This document shows, piece by piece, positions 49,161 through 60,100 of a stretch of DNA of 64,000 bases; position 1 is the stretch's first letter, and each line of letters starts with the position of its first letter. Both the position numbers and the translations under genes were made by a program. The notes beneath the pieces were generated by a model. It worked only from the letters and a program-made list of their open reading frames with translations, was not told where the DNA came from and did not search any database. The stretch is from a virus: IMG/VR virus record IMGVR_UViG_3300034022_000278, positions 1-64,000 of that record; one strand, 5' to 3'.

Positions 49161-49691
49161 ATGGTTAGTGAACTTAAATTAGAGTTCCCAGAATTTATTA
49201 CGCATATACCACAAAATAAGAAAGTATGGGTTAAAATTGGTTATAATAAAATCCATGCATCCGTGCATTTTTCAACAAGAGCCGCCTTAGTTGCGGCTAT
49301 GCACGGTTATATAGAAAAACATATTCCAGAAAATTTAACAATACAAGGCCCAGTAGAAACTCGTCTTACGGTGTATGCTCCAATAAATTTTGGGGGAATG
49401 AAAATGATCATCGACAAGGTCACGGGAAAAAGAAAAGTAAGTTGGAAACCTGCTGCAGCGGACTATGAACCAAATTGGGATATAGGAAACTTAGCATTAA
49501 TTTGGCTTAAGTGCTTAGATGATGTATTAATCAAGAAAGGAATTATTCCTGAAGATAATATTAAACATTTAAGAAAAACTAGTTACGAATTCATCCCTGT
49601 ATTAAATTTTAAAGATAGAAAGTTAGTGTATGAAATTAAGACACTAGAATTAACTCTTGAAGATTTAGTACGAGGATTAATAAAAAAATAA
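49161..49691 (+). CDS. RusA-like Holliday junction resolvase
   Basis: WDIGNL...KCLDDVLIKKGIIPEDN resembles the RusA catalytic pattern. Confidence 0.6.
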   Translation: MVSELKLEFPEFITHIPQNKKVWVKIGYNKIHASVHFSTRAALVAAMHGYIEKHIPENLTIQGPVETRLTVYAPINFGGMKMIIDKVTGKRKVSWKPAAADYEPNWDIGNLALIWLKCLDDVLIKKGIIPEDNIKHLRKTSYEFIPVLNFKDRKLVYEIKTLELTLEDLVRGLIKK

Positions 49692-49693
49692 AT

Positions 49694-50707
49694 ATGGAGT
49701 ATAGAGATATTAAAAAGTTGAATCAAAGTATCCTTAAAAAGATACTTACAAGTCCTAAAGAATATCTAAAAGCAAAAGAAAAACAAGAAAATGGGGAGCA
49801 GTCTATCGCTCCTCATTTTGTGTTTGGCAGTGTTGTAGATATAATGTTGGTAGGATCTAAGGATGAGTTTGAGGAGAAGTTTGTTAAAATACCTGATGAA
49901 TCTAAGTGCAGTGAAGCGGTAAAGGCTATCGTAGATGGAGTTTTTGCAGAGATGGCAGCATTAGGAGGAACTGTAAGTGTAGATAGAAATGTAATTCTTA
50001 AACATTGCAACAATGTAGGTTATTATAATAATTGGAAAGATGATACTAGAATAGATAAAATTCTAGTAGACGGTAAAGATTATTTTGAGCTGTTAAAGAC
50101 TACTCAAGGCAAGACTACTATTACAGAAACTGAGTATGCTAAAGCGCTTAGTTGCGTAATGGCTCTTAAATCTGATGAATTTACTAGACCTTACGTAGAC
50201 AAAAAACACGACAAAAATGTAGAATTCTGGGATAAATTTATTATAGAATTTAGCTACAAAGGTTTTGAACTAAAGGGTGAATTAGATAGAGTTTGTATAA
50301 ATCACACTAAAAAAACTATAACTCCAATTGACTTTAAAACTACAGGAAAACCTATTACAGGATTTGAATATGAGTTTTTTAATTATCGTTACGATTTCCA
50401 AGCTGCAGTATATTATTGGGGATTAACACAAGATTCTAAAATTAAAGAATTAATGGAACAAGGTTATACTGTAACAGATTTCTTATATATTGTTGTTGAG
50501 ACTAATCTGACAAACGATCCGATGATATTTAGTGTTGATACAGATGCACTAGGAATAGGATTCTACGGAGGAACTTTAAGTAGCGGTAAAAAAATGGAAG
50601 GATTTAAAGATGCTTTGGAAAGACTACAGTATTGTTTAGATAACAATGCTTGGAAGTTCCCAATGGAGTATTATAAAAATGGAGGCAAACTAAATATTAA
50701 GATATGA
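49694..50707 (+). CDS. PD-(D/E)xK nuclease (RecB/Cas4-like)
   Basis: LKGELDRV...PIDFKTT...YRYDFQAAVY. Confidence 0.8.
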   Translation: MEYRDIKKLNQSILKKILTSPKEYLKAKEKQENGEQSIAPHFVFGSVVDIMLVGSKDEFEEKFVKIPDESKCSEAVKAIVDGVFAEMAALGGTVSVDRNVILKHCNNVGYYNNWKDDTRIDKILVDGKDYFELLKTTQGKTTITETEYAKALSCVMALKSDEFTRPYVDKKHDKNVEFWDKFIIEFSYKGFELKGELDRVCINHTKKTITPIDFKTTGKPITGFEYEFFNYRYDFQAAVYYWGLTQDSKIKELMEQGYTVTDFLYIVVETNLTNDPMIFSVDTDALGIGFYGGTLSSGKKMEGFKDALERLQYCLDNNAWKFPMEYYKNGGKLNIKI

Positions 50708-51321
50708 GTTTAGTTAAATATACTAAGACTTCTACCTTTTTGTTTCCATTATTAGAAATTCCTAAAGCACTATTTACTTGCAATGTTAAAACTATTTTAG
50801 GTAAACAAATGTTTACTCTAAGATTTATAAACTCTTATTTATTTGATGAGAACGTTGCTTTGTATAGAGAAAATTGTATATTTTTATTGATTAAGAATTA
50901 CCGAGATGTAGATTTTGAAACATTTTACACCACAATGCGAGCATTTCCTAATTATAGGGATTCCTATGAGAAGAATAATTATCTTATTATGGTGTATGCA
51001 GTGTCCGAAGAGATGTTACCTGATTATACTTTAATATTAAATGGCAAATATTCAGAGATAAGTGCTGCTGCTAAGAAATTAATTCTTAGTAATCACTTCT
51101 TTTCTGGTAAAGCATTTACGCTACCGTTGATATTAAATAAATCTGAGTCTCTAAAAGATAGTTGGGAAGATAGATTATCTTCTCCTACAGCTCCTGCGTA
51201 TTTATATGACCAAGAAGTTTGGCCAATTATAGATAGAGATGTGGAAAAATTAGACAATAATATGCTTAAAGAATTTGCTTATACTGATAGCAAACTAGAG
51301 CCAAGTGGGGAATTTAATTAA
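50704..51321 (+). CDS. Conserved hypothetical protein
   Basis: TKTSTFLFPLL...GKYSEIS pattern; overlaps the nuclease stop. Confidence 0.6.
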   Translation: MSLVKYTKTSTFLFPLLEIPKALFTCNVKTILGKQMFTLRFINSYLFDENVALYRENCIFLLIKNYRDVDFETFYTTMRAFPNYRDSYEKNNYLIMVYAVSEEMLPDYTLILNGKYSEISAAAKKLILSNHFFSGKAFTLPLILNKSESLKDSWEDRLSSPTAPAYLYDQEVWPIIDRDVEKLDNNMLKEFAYTDSKLEPSGEFN

Positions 51322-51357
51322 GAGTTCCCCTCTTGATTAATCACTAAAACAATTAAC

Positions 51358-52041
51358 ATGTTAGGCAAACAATATTGGATAGAACAATTGGGAGAAAAAT
51401 GGGCACTAAATCTTAAGGGTGTACTAAATACTCCTTATATGGAAAAGTTAATAAATTATATCAACATTGAGTATGCCCTAAAAACAATATACCCTTCCAA
51501 CCTTACTACTATTTTTAATACTTTTAAGGAGTGTTCTTGGGATGATGTAAAAGTAGTAATCATAGGAAAGGAGCCTGGTTTTAATGTAGGTATTTTCCCT
51601 GAGTTACATTCGGATAGTTATATAGATAGTATCCACAATGGGTCTCTGTATAATATAGCAAGATGTGTAGAGCGAGAATATTATAATGGGTTAAATCTAG
51701 ATTTTGATCTTTCTTTGTCCTCATGGAATAAGCAAGGTGTGCTGTTTTTAAACAAGGCCTTGACAGTGCGGAGTGGTGAATCAGGGTCCCATTTAGCGCC
51801 TTGGAAAAAGTTTCACGATGCAGTAATAGCATCTATAGTAGAATATAAACCAGGAACTATTTTCTTTTTATGGGGAGAAGAGGCACAAGAGCATGCAGAT
51901 AAATTAAACAATCAACATGTCTTTAGTTGGGAATGCCCACACGTTGCTTCTATAGAAAGGAGAGATTGGAAATGTCCTAATTTTAAACAAGCAGATAAAT
52001 TAATGATAAGCTTATATGGAGAAAATCAAATTCAATGGTAG
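51358..52041 (+). CDS. Uracil-DNA glycosylase-like protein (family 1, degenerate motifs)
   Basis: VKVVIIG, LSSWNKQGVLFLNKALTVRSGESGSH..W, FLWGEEAQ. Lacks canonical GQDPY and HPSP. Confidence 0.8.
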   Translation: MLGKQYWIEQLGEKWALNLKGVLNTPYMEKLINYINIEYALKTIYPSNLTTIFNTFKECSWDDVKVVIIGKEPGFNVGIFPELHSDSYIDSIHNGSLYNIARCVEREYYNGLNLDFDLSLSSWNKQGVLFLNKALTVRSGESGSHLAPWKKFHDAVIASIVEYKPGTIFFLWGEEAQEHADKLNNQHVFSWECPHVASIERRDWKCPNFKQADKLMISLYGENQIQW

Positions 52042-53085
52042 CTATGCTAGGCACTATGCGGGCAAAGTTAAATTAGAATTTACAATAGACCAATTGTTTA
52101 AAATAGTTAATGCTGCTATTAACGGCACTACTATTATGCAATTATCTCTGCAATATAAAACTTCTCGTAGAGTAATATTAGACATTCAGCGATTGTACTA
52201 CAGCACTAGGGGCACTTTTAAGAGTGTATCTTATAAGATACATCGATTAGGTAACAAAGACGTAGAGTATTACTCAGAAGAAGAATTAATAGCAGGAATT
52301 CCTAATTATAAATGGGAAGATTTAGGGGTAGAAGAACAACAATTTTATTTAGAATACGGTAGGAAAGAAAAGAAAAATAAAAAAAACTAATCAAAAATGT
52401 TTGAAGTAGGTACAAAAGTAGTATGTATAGATGATTCTATTAAGCCTGGACAAGAAAGTTTTGTAGCAAAAGCTTACAAGAATTGGGTCAAAGTTGATAC
52501 TGTTTATACAATTAGAGGAATCTTTAATAATAAAGATATTGTTACAGGAATTTTATTAAAAGAAGTAGTTAACGGGCCCATTTACATACATCTTATTGAT
52601 GACTGGTCCGAGCCTATGTTTGCTACTACTCGTTTTCGAGAACTAGGTTATGATGAGTTAGAAGAAACGGAAGAAGATGCAGAAACAATATTAGAAAGTA
52701 TCGATATTGGAGAGTTAATGTTAAACTAGATTAAATTAAAAACATGATGGAAGGAATGACTGACGAAGTCAAAACTTATGTAATAATGCTTTCAGCATTT
52801 CAAGTAGTACTAGATTGCCAATTGGAGCTAAAAGGTACTATTTATGAGCAAGACAAGAAAATTACTCAAAAAGTCAGAGAAGCAGTAAATGTATTAAATC
52901 TTAGCAATGCCAAGAATAGAAATAGAATTTGGGCCGCAGATGAAATACAAGCTATGACAATGACTAGGTCTATTTCTAGAATAGCTGAATTAATAGCTAA
53001 ATCTGATGGAGTAGGGTTATCCGTGATAGATAATTTACTACAAGAGGGTATGGATTTTTCTAAGTATAAATTAGTAGAATTATAA
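52016..53085 (+). CDS. Three hypothetical genes (52016-52390, 52397-52729, 52744-53085)
   Basis: Packed ORFs at the end of the plus-strand block. Confidence 0.6.
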
Positions 53086-53087
53086 AA

Positions 53088-53117
53088 AAAAGCAGTGATT
53101 TAATTATCACTGCTTTT
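53088..53117. terminator. Bidirectional terminator between convergent blocks
   Basis: AAAAGCAGTGAT-ttaatt-ATCACTGCTTTT. Confidence 0.8.
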
Positions 53118-53120
53118 CTA

Positions 53121-56100
53121 TTATTCTATAGTTCTTTGTCCTGTTCGATATAATCTTATTGCTTGAGCTCCTATAGGAAGCGCTTCGCCTAAGTGTACTA
53201 AGAACTTACTGTTACCTTTAAAAGGACCTCCTTCAAAGATATCATCGTCATCTTTATCATTTAAATAACCTCCTACATCACCTACTAAACTGTTAACATC
53301 TTCTACTAATGCCGCCATTGGCACAGCAGTTTTAGTTAACTTTTCAAACTCCAAAGGATTAGTATAAAAGCCAATATCTGTACGGAGTCTTATAGTTTGA
53401 TTAAGTAGGAAATTAGTTATAATTTGATCTTCTTCATCGTCATCGCCTGCCATTGCTTTAAGAAACAATGCTATACCCATAAGAGTCATCATTATGTATA
53501 ACTCAGTCATATTTTTACGAATATTAGCTGCATCCGTATCATCAAATCTTTCACCAAATTGGGTTTTCTTAAACATTAACTTTCTTGCTAATTGTTTAAG
53601 AGTAAATAAAGTATCAGACACTGCGTTCTCGTTAGTCTGCATACCAAAAAATTTACCCCCCAGATAGCCAATACCTGCGCCTAAAGCAGTACCTACTCCT
53701 GGCAAAAACATAGTACCAACTGCAGCACCTGTAGTTAATAGTTGTCCTTTAGTATAACTTTTATATCGACCTTTACGTATATAAGGTTCATCTAATCCAT
53801 AAGATAATGCGTAATCTACTTTTTCTGATTCAAATCTATTAGCAAATCCTTCAAACATCCAAGTTCTAAATTGAGAAAGAGCTCTACCGCCTATAGTAGA
53901 TTTTACTTGAAGGGCATTATTGTAATCCCCATGGTTCATCTCGATTACTCTTTTGATTTTCTGAACCATTTTGGTCTCATCGATATCTGTAGTAAAACCA
54001 GGTTTTAATGTTCCACTTTCAATATCATAAGCATCCCACATAGTAACAACTTCACCGTCGGGACCTGTAGCAGGAAACTGTGGAGAATTATCAGGTTTCT
54101 TAGACATCATTACTGCAATCATTACTGGAGCATAATTTAAATACTCGGAACGTTCCTGCAAACTAAAAGGCCCAAATCTTTTTAACTTAGACATTGAAGA
54201 TTTTTGAGACATGTCAAACATTTCTTTATTAGAAGTTTGAAGTAAATCCCATTTATCCATTAATGTTCTAATTTTAACACCATTACTATTTACACCTTCC
54301 CAAGCATTAAAAGATAAGTTCTTTCCTATTGAGTTAGTAGTAAGTAAATAAGCTTTTCTTAAATCTGTTGCTGAGTATTCTCTACCATCAGCTCCTTGTA
54401 CCATATTAGAAATTACCCCAAAACCAATATTAGAACTGGCAGAGAAAAAGTTCCACCCTAAGCCTTTTAAAGTCATATACTTTAACACAGTATCACCTAC
54501 TCCAGATAAAGTTCTAAAACCACCCAAAGAATCAATTTGACCTTGTAGGAAGTCTTTGGAATCTTGATCAGTTTCGGTTGCTAATAAAGCTTCTAATTCT
54601 TTTTTTCTAGTTTCTTCTGCTTTAGTATATAATTTAGTTTTAGAAACTCCTTCAACTTTTCTACCGCCTATTCCATAAAAAGTAGAATCCATGAAAAAAT
54701 CCCACGCAGATTTTAAATTATCTAAACCCTCTTTAGTAAGAGGTTTACCATTTTCATCAAATTGAGATTGCCCTGCTTTATTTGTTACTAATTCTTTACG
54801 ACTTTTAAAAGCTTGCTCAAGTAGTTTAATTTGGGGCTCTATAATAGATTTATGCTTGTAAGCTAAAATATTAAGAGAATATGCCTTAAGTATTTTAGTT
54901 ACATCCCAAGATTTTTCTTTAGATATAGCATCTTTAGCTTCTCTATTAAATCTTAGATTATCTTCATTTGTAGCAGCTTTACCAGTTTCCTGTTTATGCT
55001 GTATTTGCATCTGCTTTACTAACTCTCTAACTTTTACAGCAGTATCTTCAATAAATTGTATTTGAATATTTTTTTCTATATTACCTGTTAAAGGATCTAC
55101 ATCGGAATATACAGTAGTAGCTAAATCGGTAGTAGTTTGCAGTTGCTTCATTTTATCCCAAAAAGGAATAATACCCATCATTATACCTTTCTCCTGGAAA
55201 GTATCCATTAAACTTTTTTGAATAGTAGGCAATACACCTACGCCCATTAAAGCTTTCTTTTGTTCAGGGAGAGTATATCTTAAAGTATTTAAAGTTTCCA
55301 TCATATAATTATGGTAATTATATAATGCATCGTCTGCTTCTATTTTAGCATAGTTTTTATCGTACCATTTAGTAGGACCATTTACAGTTTCTTTACGAGG
55401 AACTTGTACAATATATTCCCTAATTCCTTTAGGAGAATAAAAAGAATCCGCTCCTTTTTTTCTAGAAACAGGGTTTTCAGCCATATCCATGCCCCAATAA
55501 GGTGAATATTCTTTTAACCAATTTTCAAATAAAGTATCTTTTTCATCTTGAGATAAATTAGGCTCCATTTGCATGCTTTCGTAAATAGCTTTTCTACGAA
55601 TCTTAAACTGCTCTATTTTATTTTCTACTCTTTTAATATAATACTCGTAACCTTTTTCTCCTAATTGAGATTTTAATTCTGCGATATGTTTTTGTTTAGA
55701 ACCTTCATTATAAGAAACTCTTTTATAGATAAATTCTGCGGGAGTACTTTCATCTTCTTGTAAACTATCCTCAAATAGAATACGAGGGTCAAAAGAAATA
55801 GTATTTTTATTAGTCCAATCAAAATATGCTTTAATGCCATTAGCATTTTTAGTTAATTTTTTTGTTTTAGGATCTCTTGACCAAAAAGCTTTTTTCATTA
55901 ACTCATTACGTACTTCAAAAAATTCAGATGAAAATCTATTTACAGTTCTACCTGTTTCTTTACCATCCTCTGTTAATTGTTTTAATATATCAAAATTACC
56001 GCCTGATTTTTTTAGAAATTCCTTAGTTAAATTGTCTAATTTTTTCCACATTTCTGAAGCCTCTTGCTGTGCTCGCATGTTTGCAGCTTCTACTGCAGAA

Positions 56101-57155
56101 AATCCTGCTTGTAATATTGCATCATCGTGGCGACTTAAGTTAAGAGTATTAGTCGCAATCTTATTTACATCTCTAATATTTTGAAAAATCTGTTCTTGCG
56201 TTAATTTACCGTCTGTATATTGACGTACAAATTCTGTAACATGATTATTCTTAATAGTTGTTAAATCACTTTGCAAGTCTTGTGCTTGGGCTGCTAATGC
56301 TCTAAATTTAGAACGTATTTCTGGAGTATTAAATTCATCTGAATCTAAAAAAATATGTTGATTAGCTTCCGTAGAAAAATCTCCAGCTCTTAACCAAAGA
56401 TCAATAATACGTTGAGCATAATAAGTATCATCAGCGCTTACTGCTGGATTTCTTAATAATTCTTCTACTTCTTTTAATTCACTTTTACCAAAATTTTCTA
56501 TATCTTCAAAAGCTTTAATATTATTAGCTAATAATACTCTTTCTTCTGATTGTTCTAAACTCTGAATTAGTTTCTCTAATTTTTGTAAAGTAGTTCTTAA
56601 CTCTGCAGGATCTTTTATATTAGCAAGATTTTGACGCTGTTTAATAATTTCTGTATTAATCTTATCTTTTCTTAATCTTTCTACAGAAATAACTTGATTT
56701 TCTGCATTAGCAATTAATTCGTCTGTAGAGGATAATCCATTACGTTCTGATGTAATAGTTCCTGGATACATATAATTAAATGCAGAGCTATCAAAATCAT
56801 TAACAACAAATACAGGATCTCCTTTAGCAGCATTTCTTTGTCTTTGCTTTTCAACATTAACTGGAAGATAATTATACTTCATAGTTAATTCAAAAGTATT
56901 TCCCCATAAATTTTTATAAGTAAAATAGTGGGAAGTACCATTTTGTTGGTTGTACTTCCTAATTCTAGCAGCAACTCCTGCAAAATTTTCTACTTTAGAT
57001 TCAAATTTAATTGCTTTTTTTATCTCAGTAATACTTTTTACATCAGGCATTTTGTAACCATTTGCTGCAAATGCCATATTTGCTAATGTGTCTCCTGTTT
57101 GCTTAACAAGGTCTTTCCATTCTTTAGTATTCTTATTCGGACACGCTAACGCCAT
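53121..57155 (-). CDS. Large virion cargo/ejection protein
   Basis: 1344 aa, largely helical, downstream of the vRNAP. Glycine-zipper TM GAAVGTMFLPGVGTALGAGIG. Confidence 0.7.
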   Translation of the reverse strand: MALACPNKNTKEWKDLVKQTGDTLANMAFAANGYKMPDVKSITEIKKAIKFESKVENFAGVAARIRKYNQQNGTSHYFTYKNLWGNTFELTMKYNYLPVNVEKQRQRNAAKGDPVFVVNDFDSSAFNYMYPGTITSERNGLSSTDELIANAENQVISVERLRKDKINTEIIKQRQNLANIKDPAELRTTLQKLEKLIQSLEQSEERVLLANNIKAFEDIENFGKSELKEVEELLRNPAVSADDTYYAQRIIDLWLRAGDFSTEANQHIFLDSDEFNTPEIRSKFRALAAQAQDLQSDLTTIKNNHVTEFVRQYTDGKLTQEQIFQNIRDVNKIATNTLNLSRHDDAILQAGFSAVEAANMRAQQEASEMWKKLDNLTKEFLKKSGGNFDILKQLTEDGKETGRTVNRFSSEFFEVRNELMKKAFWSRDPKTKKLTKNANGIKAYFDWTNKNTISFDPRILFEDSLQEDESTPAEFIYKRVSYNEGSKQKHIAELKSQLGEKGYEYYIKRVENKIEQFKIRRKAIYESMQMEPNLSQDEKDTLFENWLKEYSPYWGMDMAENPVSRKKGADSFYSPKGIREYIVQVPRKETVNGPTKWYDKNYAKIEADDALYNYHNYMMETLNTLRYTLPEQKKALMGVGVLPTIQKSLMDTFQEKGIMMGIIPFWDKMKQLQTTTDLATTVYSDVDPLTGNIEKNIQIQFIEDTAVKVRELVKQMQIQHKQETGKAATNEDNLRFNREAKDAISKEKSWDVTKILKAYSLNILAYKHKSIIEPQIKLLEQAFKSRKELVTNKAGQSQFDENGKPLTKEGLDNLKSAWDFFMDSTFYGIGGRKVEGVSKTKLYTKAEETRKKELEALLATETDQDSKDFLQGQIDSLGGFRTLSGVGDTVLKYMTLKGLGWNFFSASSNIGFGVISNMVQGADGREYSATDLRKAYLLTTNSIGKNLSFNAWEGVNSNGVKIRTLMDKWDLLQTSNKEMFDMSQKSSMSKLKRFGPFSLQERSEYLNYAPVMIAVMMSKKPDNSPQFPATGPDGEVVTMWDAYDIESGTLKPGFTTDIDETKMVQKIKRVIEMNHGDYNNALQVKSTIGGRALSQFRTWMFEGFANRFESEKVDYALSYGLDEPYIRKGRYKSYTKGQLLTTGAAVGTMFLPGVGTALGAGIGYLGGKFFGMQTNENAVSDTLFTLKQLARKLMFKKTQFGERFDDTDAANIRKNMTELYIMMTLMGIALFLKAMAGDDDEEDQIITNFLLNQTIRLRTDIGFYTNPLEFEKLTKTAVPMAALVEDVNSLVGDVGGYLNDKDDDDIFEGGPFKGNSKFLVHLGEALPIGAQAIRLYRTGQRTIE

Positions 57156-57161
57156 AATGTT

Positions 57162-60100
57162 TTATTTACCACAAATTAACAAATAATTTTTGAATTCTTC
57201 ACTGTCAAAAGTAAAGTCGCCAAGTAACTCATTTTCACCCATCATTTTTTGATAAGCATCCCAGTCATCGTCACTTGGTCTATTTTCATTTCTATTGCCT
57301 TCATCCTCACCGTAAGAAGAAGTTGGTATAGTGCTGTAATCTATTCCTAAATTTCCTAAGACAGATAAGTTAAGACCTGTAGGCGCTTCTACTTTTCCTG
57401 TGTTTTTATTAGAAACCATTACTAGTTTAGTAGTAGGTCTAGAAACTGCTACGTATAAAGATTGATTCTTAGCTTTATTACTTCCTGCATTAGAAGATCC
57501 CATAATATTATCCTCCATTACATATACATTAGTATAAGTAGATCCTTGAGCTTTATGGGAAGTTAATGCATAGCCGTATTCTAAATTTCCAAATTTAGCT
57601 TGTAAAGCGTAAGCCAATTGTCTGTCAGTATTCCACAATTGTTTTAAAGTTGCAGCATATTCTTCTTTGCTAGATTCTGCTATTATAGGAATTTTAACAG
57701 GATTACCATTTTGAGAAACAATTTTTCCTGCATCATCCTTAAGAGTAAGCAAATCTACATCAAATTTATAATTTTTATTTCTAGTACCTTTTGCTCCAGA
57801 ATAAACATTAACATTTACTAAGTACTCTGGACTAAATTCTGAAGATACTACTACCATATCTTCACTATTAAAGAATACTATATCTACCTCTTCTTTTCCT
57901 TGATTAGGATTGTAAGAATCATAAGCTGTTAATATTTCTCCTGGAATAAATTTCTCAGTAGTTGCTCTATCTCCAAATAATTTAGTTCTTACTTTTCTAT
58001 TAAGATTTTTAACACTTTGGCCACTACTATGATTTTGATTGTTAAATGTTACTATTTTAGCAAAATTAACATCTCCTTTAGCTTGCTGTACATCTTCAAC
58101 AAATTGAGTTAAAGCTGTATCTTCACTTTTTTCCCAAGTTATAGAAGAACCACTTACTGCGTCGTACATATCTACTCTATCTACAGAAGTAATTGGATTA
58201 GCTACCCTAGAAGTATTGTTTTCAGCATTAGCTGCTATCTTAGTTCCTATACCAATAATAGGAGAAGTAGCTGCTTGACGCATTTTTTCTGTTAAAGTAT
58301 AACTATTTTTTAATCCAAAAACATCACTATCTTTTTCTTGACCAACTGGAGGCAATTGAGCTCTATCGCCCATAAAAATAACTTTAGCTCCTTGAGATAC
58401 CCATTTCTTAATTTCACTTAGTAATTCATCGGATACCATAGAACTTTCATCTATAACGATAATTTGTCCATTTTTAATAGGAACTCTTCCTTTATCTCTA
58501 GCAAAAGTATCTGGTTCAAATTTACCCGTACTTTCGTCAAGTTTAATAGCTAAAGCAGAAGCAAGAGTTCTGATATCAGCATTTATGCCTTTTAAAGATT
58601 TTGCTAATACTTTTTTAGCTTTATGAGAAGGAGCAATTGCTAAAATTCTTTTATCTCCTACTTGAGATAGTATCTGCTTAATAATAGTAGTCTTACCTGT
58701 TCCTCCTTTACCTTCTAATAAAAATGCTTTTTCATCCGAATTTAAGAATTCTTTAAGTTTATTAATAGCAATAGTTTGTCCTGCATTAGCAAATACTCCT
58801 GGGAATATTTCGTACTTAGTATTTACTGGAGCTTGTTGTTGAGTAGATAATTGAGTACTTCTTAATTGTTCTACTACTTCAGCTAATGCTGTAGGATGCA
58901 TTCCTTGACCTCTAGCAGCAGACTTACCTGCATATAACAAAATAGCACTGTCTAGTTTACCTTGGTTAATTTGATCAAGTATCCATTTACGTTGTTCTTG
59001 ATTTCCTGCAAAATCTTCTGCTTCACCGCTTTCATCTAACCAAGTAGCGTATCCTGTAAGTAGCCAATCTTTATAAGCTTGTACAGCTGTTTGTATAGTA
59101 GGTACTTTTCTAGTATTGCCGTAACCAGCTTCACTAAAAGGATTGCCAAAATGTTCATTCTTGTTAGCTACTTCTGTACGCATGGTATTAACTCCTTCTG
59201 GAGTATAGATAGGTCTAGTTTTTAAATCTCCTGACCATTCTCTTGATGTATCTATTGTAGGTTTAACACTAGTTGGTTTTGTAGCTACAAATTCTTTAAA
59301 TCCTTTTATATCTTTAGCCGATCCTAATGCAAGAGTTTGTTCTGCACTTCTAACTAGTATTTGATCTTCTATTCCTCCTAATGGATCTGTAATATTAGTA
59401 CCTATAATACCGTCACCTTCTTTATTAGTTTCTGTTTCAGTATAATTAACTCCATCTAAAACTGTAGGATTTTCTAAGTTAACTATAGCAGCTATACTTT
59501 GTAATTTAGTTGCAGCACCTGGTTCATATTGTTCTCTATTAAATTGATCCCAACTTGCATATCTAGATGCAGTAGTTAAATCACTAAAATAAATTCTATC
59601 ATTTTGTGGAGTCAATTGCTCGATAACATTAGGAGCAGCTGTACCGTGATATAGAATATTTTTTACTTTACTGTTAGGAAATACTCCATCAAGATATTGA
59701 GAATATTCTTCCTGAGTTCCTATTTTAGCTAGTTCAGGATTAGCTTTAAATAATTCTGCTACTCCTTCTTTAATATTAATAGATGGTTGAGTAGTATTTT
59801 TAAATATATTACTATACATATCAGCTTCTGATATTCCGTCTTTAGCTAGTTTTCCTGATATTACTGCATATAATAAATTAGGTATTTGTTCTTTAAAAGT
59901 TGTTCCTACAAAAACATCTTTTCCTCTTAATCCTTCTTTTATAAGAGTCTTAGCTTCTTCCCCAAAAGAAATCCTATCTTTTATACTACTTTCTTCCTGT
60001 ACTAATAATTGAATAGTTTTAAACTCACTTACTAATTGTAATTCATTATTTTTATCGTTAATCCAATTAGGTATAACAGAGTTTACAAAGTTTTTAATAT

